This document shows, piece after piece, positions 19,314-20,000 of a stretch of DNA of 20,000 nt. Position 1 is the stretch's first letter; each line of letters begins with the position of its first letter. A program made the position numbers and the translations under genes. Source of the DNA: Mesotaenium endlicherianum (lineage: Eukaryota); contig WELA01002782.1 of NCBI GenBank assembly GCA_009602735.1, positions 130,429-150,428 of the forward strand. Direction: 5' to 3'. Below the pieces are notes generated by a model. The model searched no databases. It worked only from the letters and a program-made list of their open reading frames with translations, and was not told where the DNA came from.

Positions 19314-20000
19314 TGTAATGAATCAGTATATTAGTTGATATAATATTCATTTAAATATAATAGTTAATTAAGTTCAGCCTGCTGAACTTTACTTAATAGT
19401 CAGTCTGCTGGACATTACATAATTATCAGTTTGCTGACTCAGTCGAAAGCAGCAGGCTAAAAGTCCATATAAGTCAGCTTGCTGACACATTCTTGACAGC
19501 AAGCTGACTTCCGTACTCGGTAGCAGCGAATTGCCTTGATATGCATCTAAGTGCGATATGCTAGATGAATAGCCAGATGACATCCCTATGATGGATGGCT
19601 ATTCGGGATAATGGGAGATGGCAGTGGATTTGGTTAACCGAGGTCCTACCAACGTGGTTAACTCCCGGGTAGGCGGTGCCATCGCACTGGCCGTTGAACA
19701 GTAAACTCATTCCATGTACATACGCTAGGCATTGCTCTCGAGTTCGGCATTCGGAAACGAGGCCAACTCTCTTGTACAGCTTACTGAGAGAGATCTGAAT
19801 CCAAGGCGAGAAGCCATTGATACGCACTGTCTTCTAACCTTGCTTATGTATGAGTTTACTGATTTGCATCANATGCATCATTGATGCTAGTTTACTCGCA
19901 TTTGACTGACGAGTATTATTCCGTGCTAGTGTATTGTCCTTTGCCGTTTAACTAGTTAACGGAAATACCATAAGATTACTTGCTGATATAAAGATCTTTA
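19314..20000 (+). repeat. Second family-2 LTR, plus orientation, runs off the window end
   Basis: Starts TGTAATGAATC. Reverse complement of 17340-18016 at roughly 90% identity by eye. Confidence 0.85.

Noticed and set aside
17300..20000. DIRS or Polinton-type element with inverted terminal repeats
   Set aside because: No RT, tyrosine recombinase or polymerase lies between the arms. The TG/CA termini point inward, a PPT abuts one arm, and the other arm interrupts an ORF, all of which favour nested LTRs.

Overview
Eukaryotic, repeat-dense window with no intact host gene. A green-plant or streptophyte-alga-like genome is inferred from the Met-type PBS, the chromovirus and the telo-box motifs. 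The window is a nest of mobile DNA. (1) A complete, young Ty3/gypsy chromovirus lies on the minus strand (4402-10544), with 744-bp LTRs, a GCCAG TSD, PBS, PPT, gag, and a -1-frame pol ending in a chromodomain. It is inserted inside the palindrome of a ~34-44 bp hairpin minisatellite. (2) The minisatellite blocks sit between small minus-strand exon-like segments with canonical splice signals, suggesting a degenerate multi-exon gene with satellite-filled introns that starts just inside a hAT-like CAGGGTT terminus at 13051. A second related terminus ends at 1963. (3) An old, degraded gag-protease retroelement (13052-~17299) carries a solo LTR of the chromovirus family. (4) A second LTR family is present as two inverted copies (~17300-18016 and 19314->20000) that bracket an uncharacterised ~400-codon reading frame just upstream of a PPT. 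An assembly gap spans 452-916. All alignments and identity estimates were made by eye.
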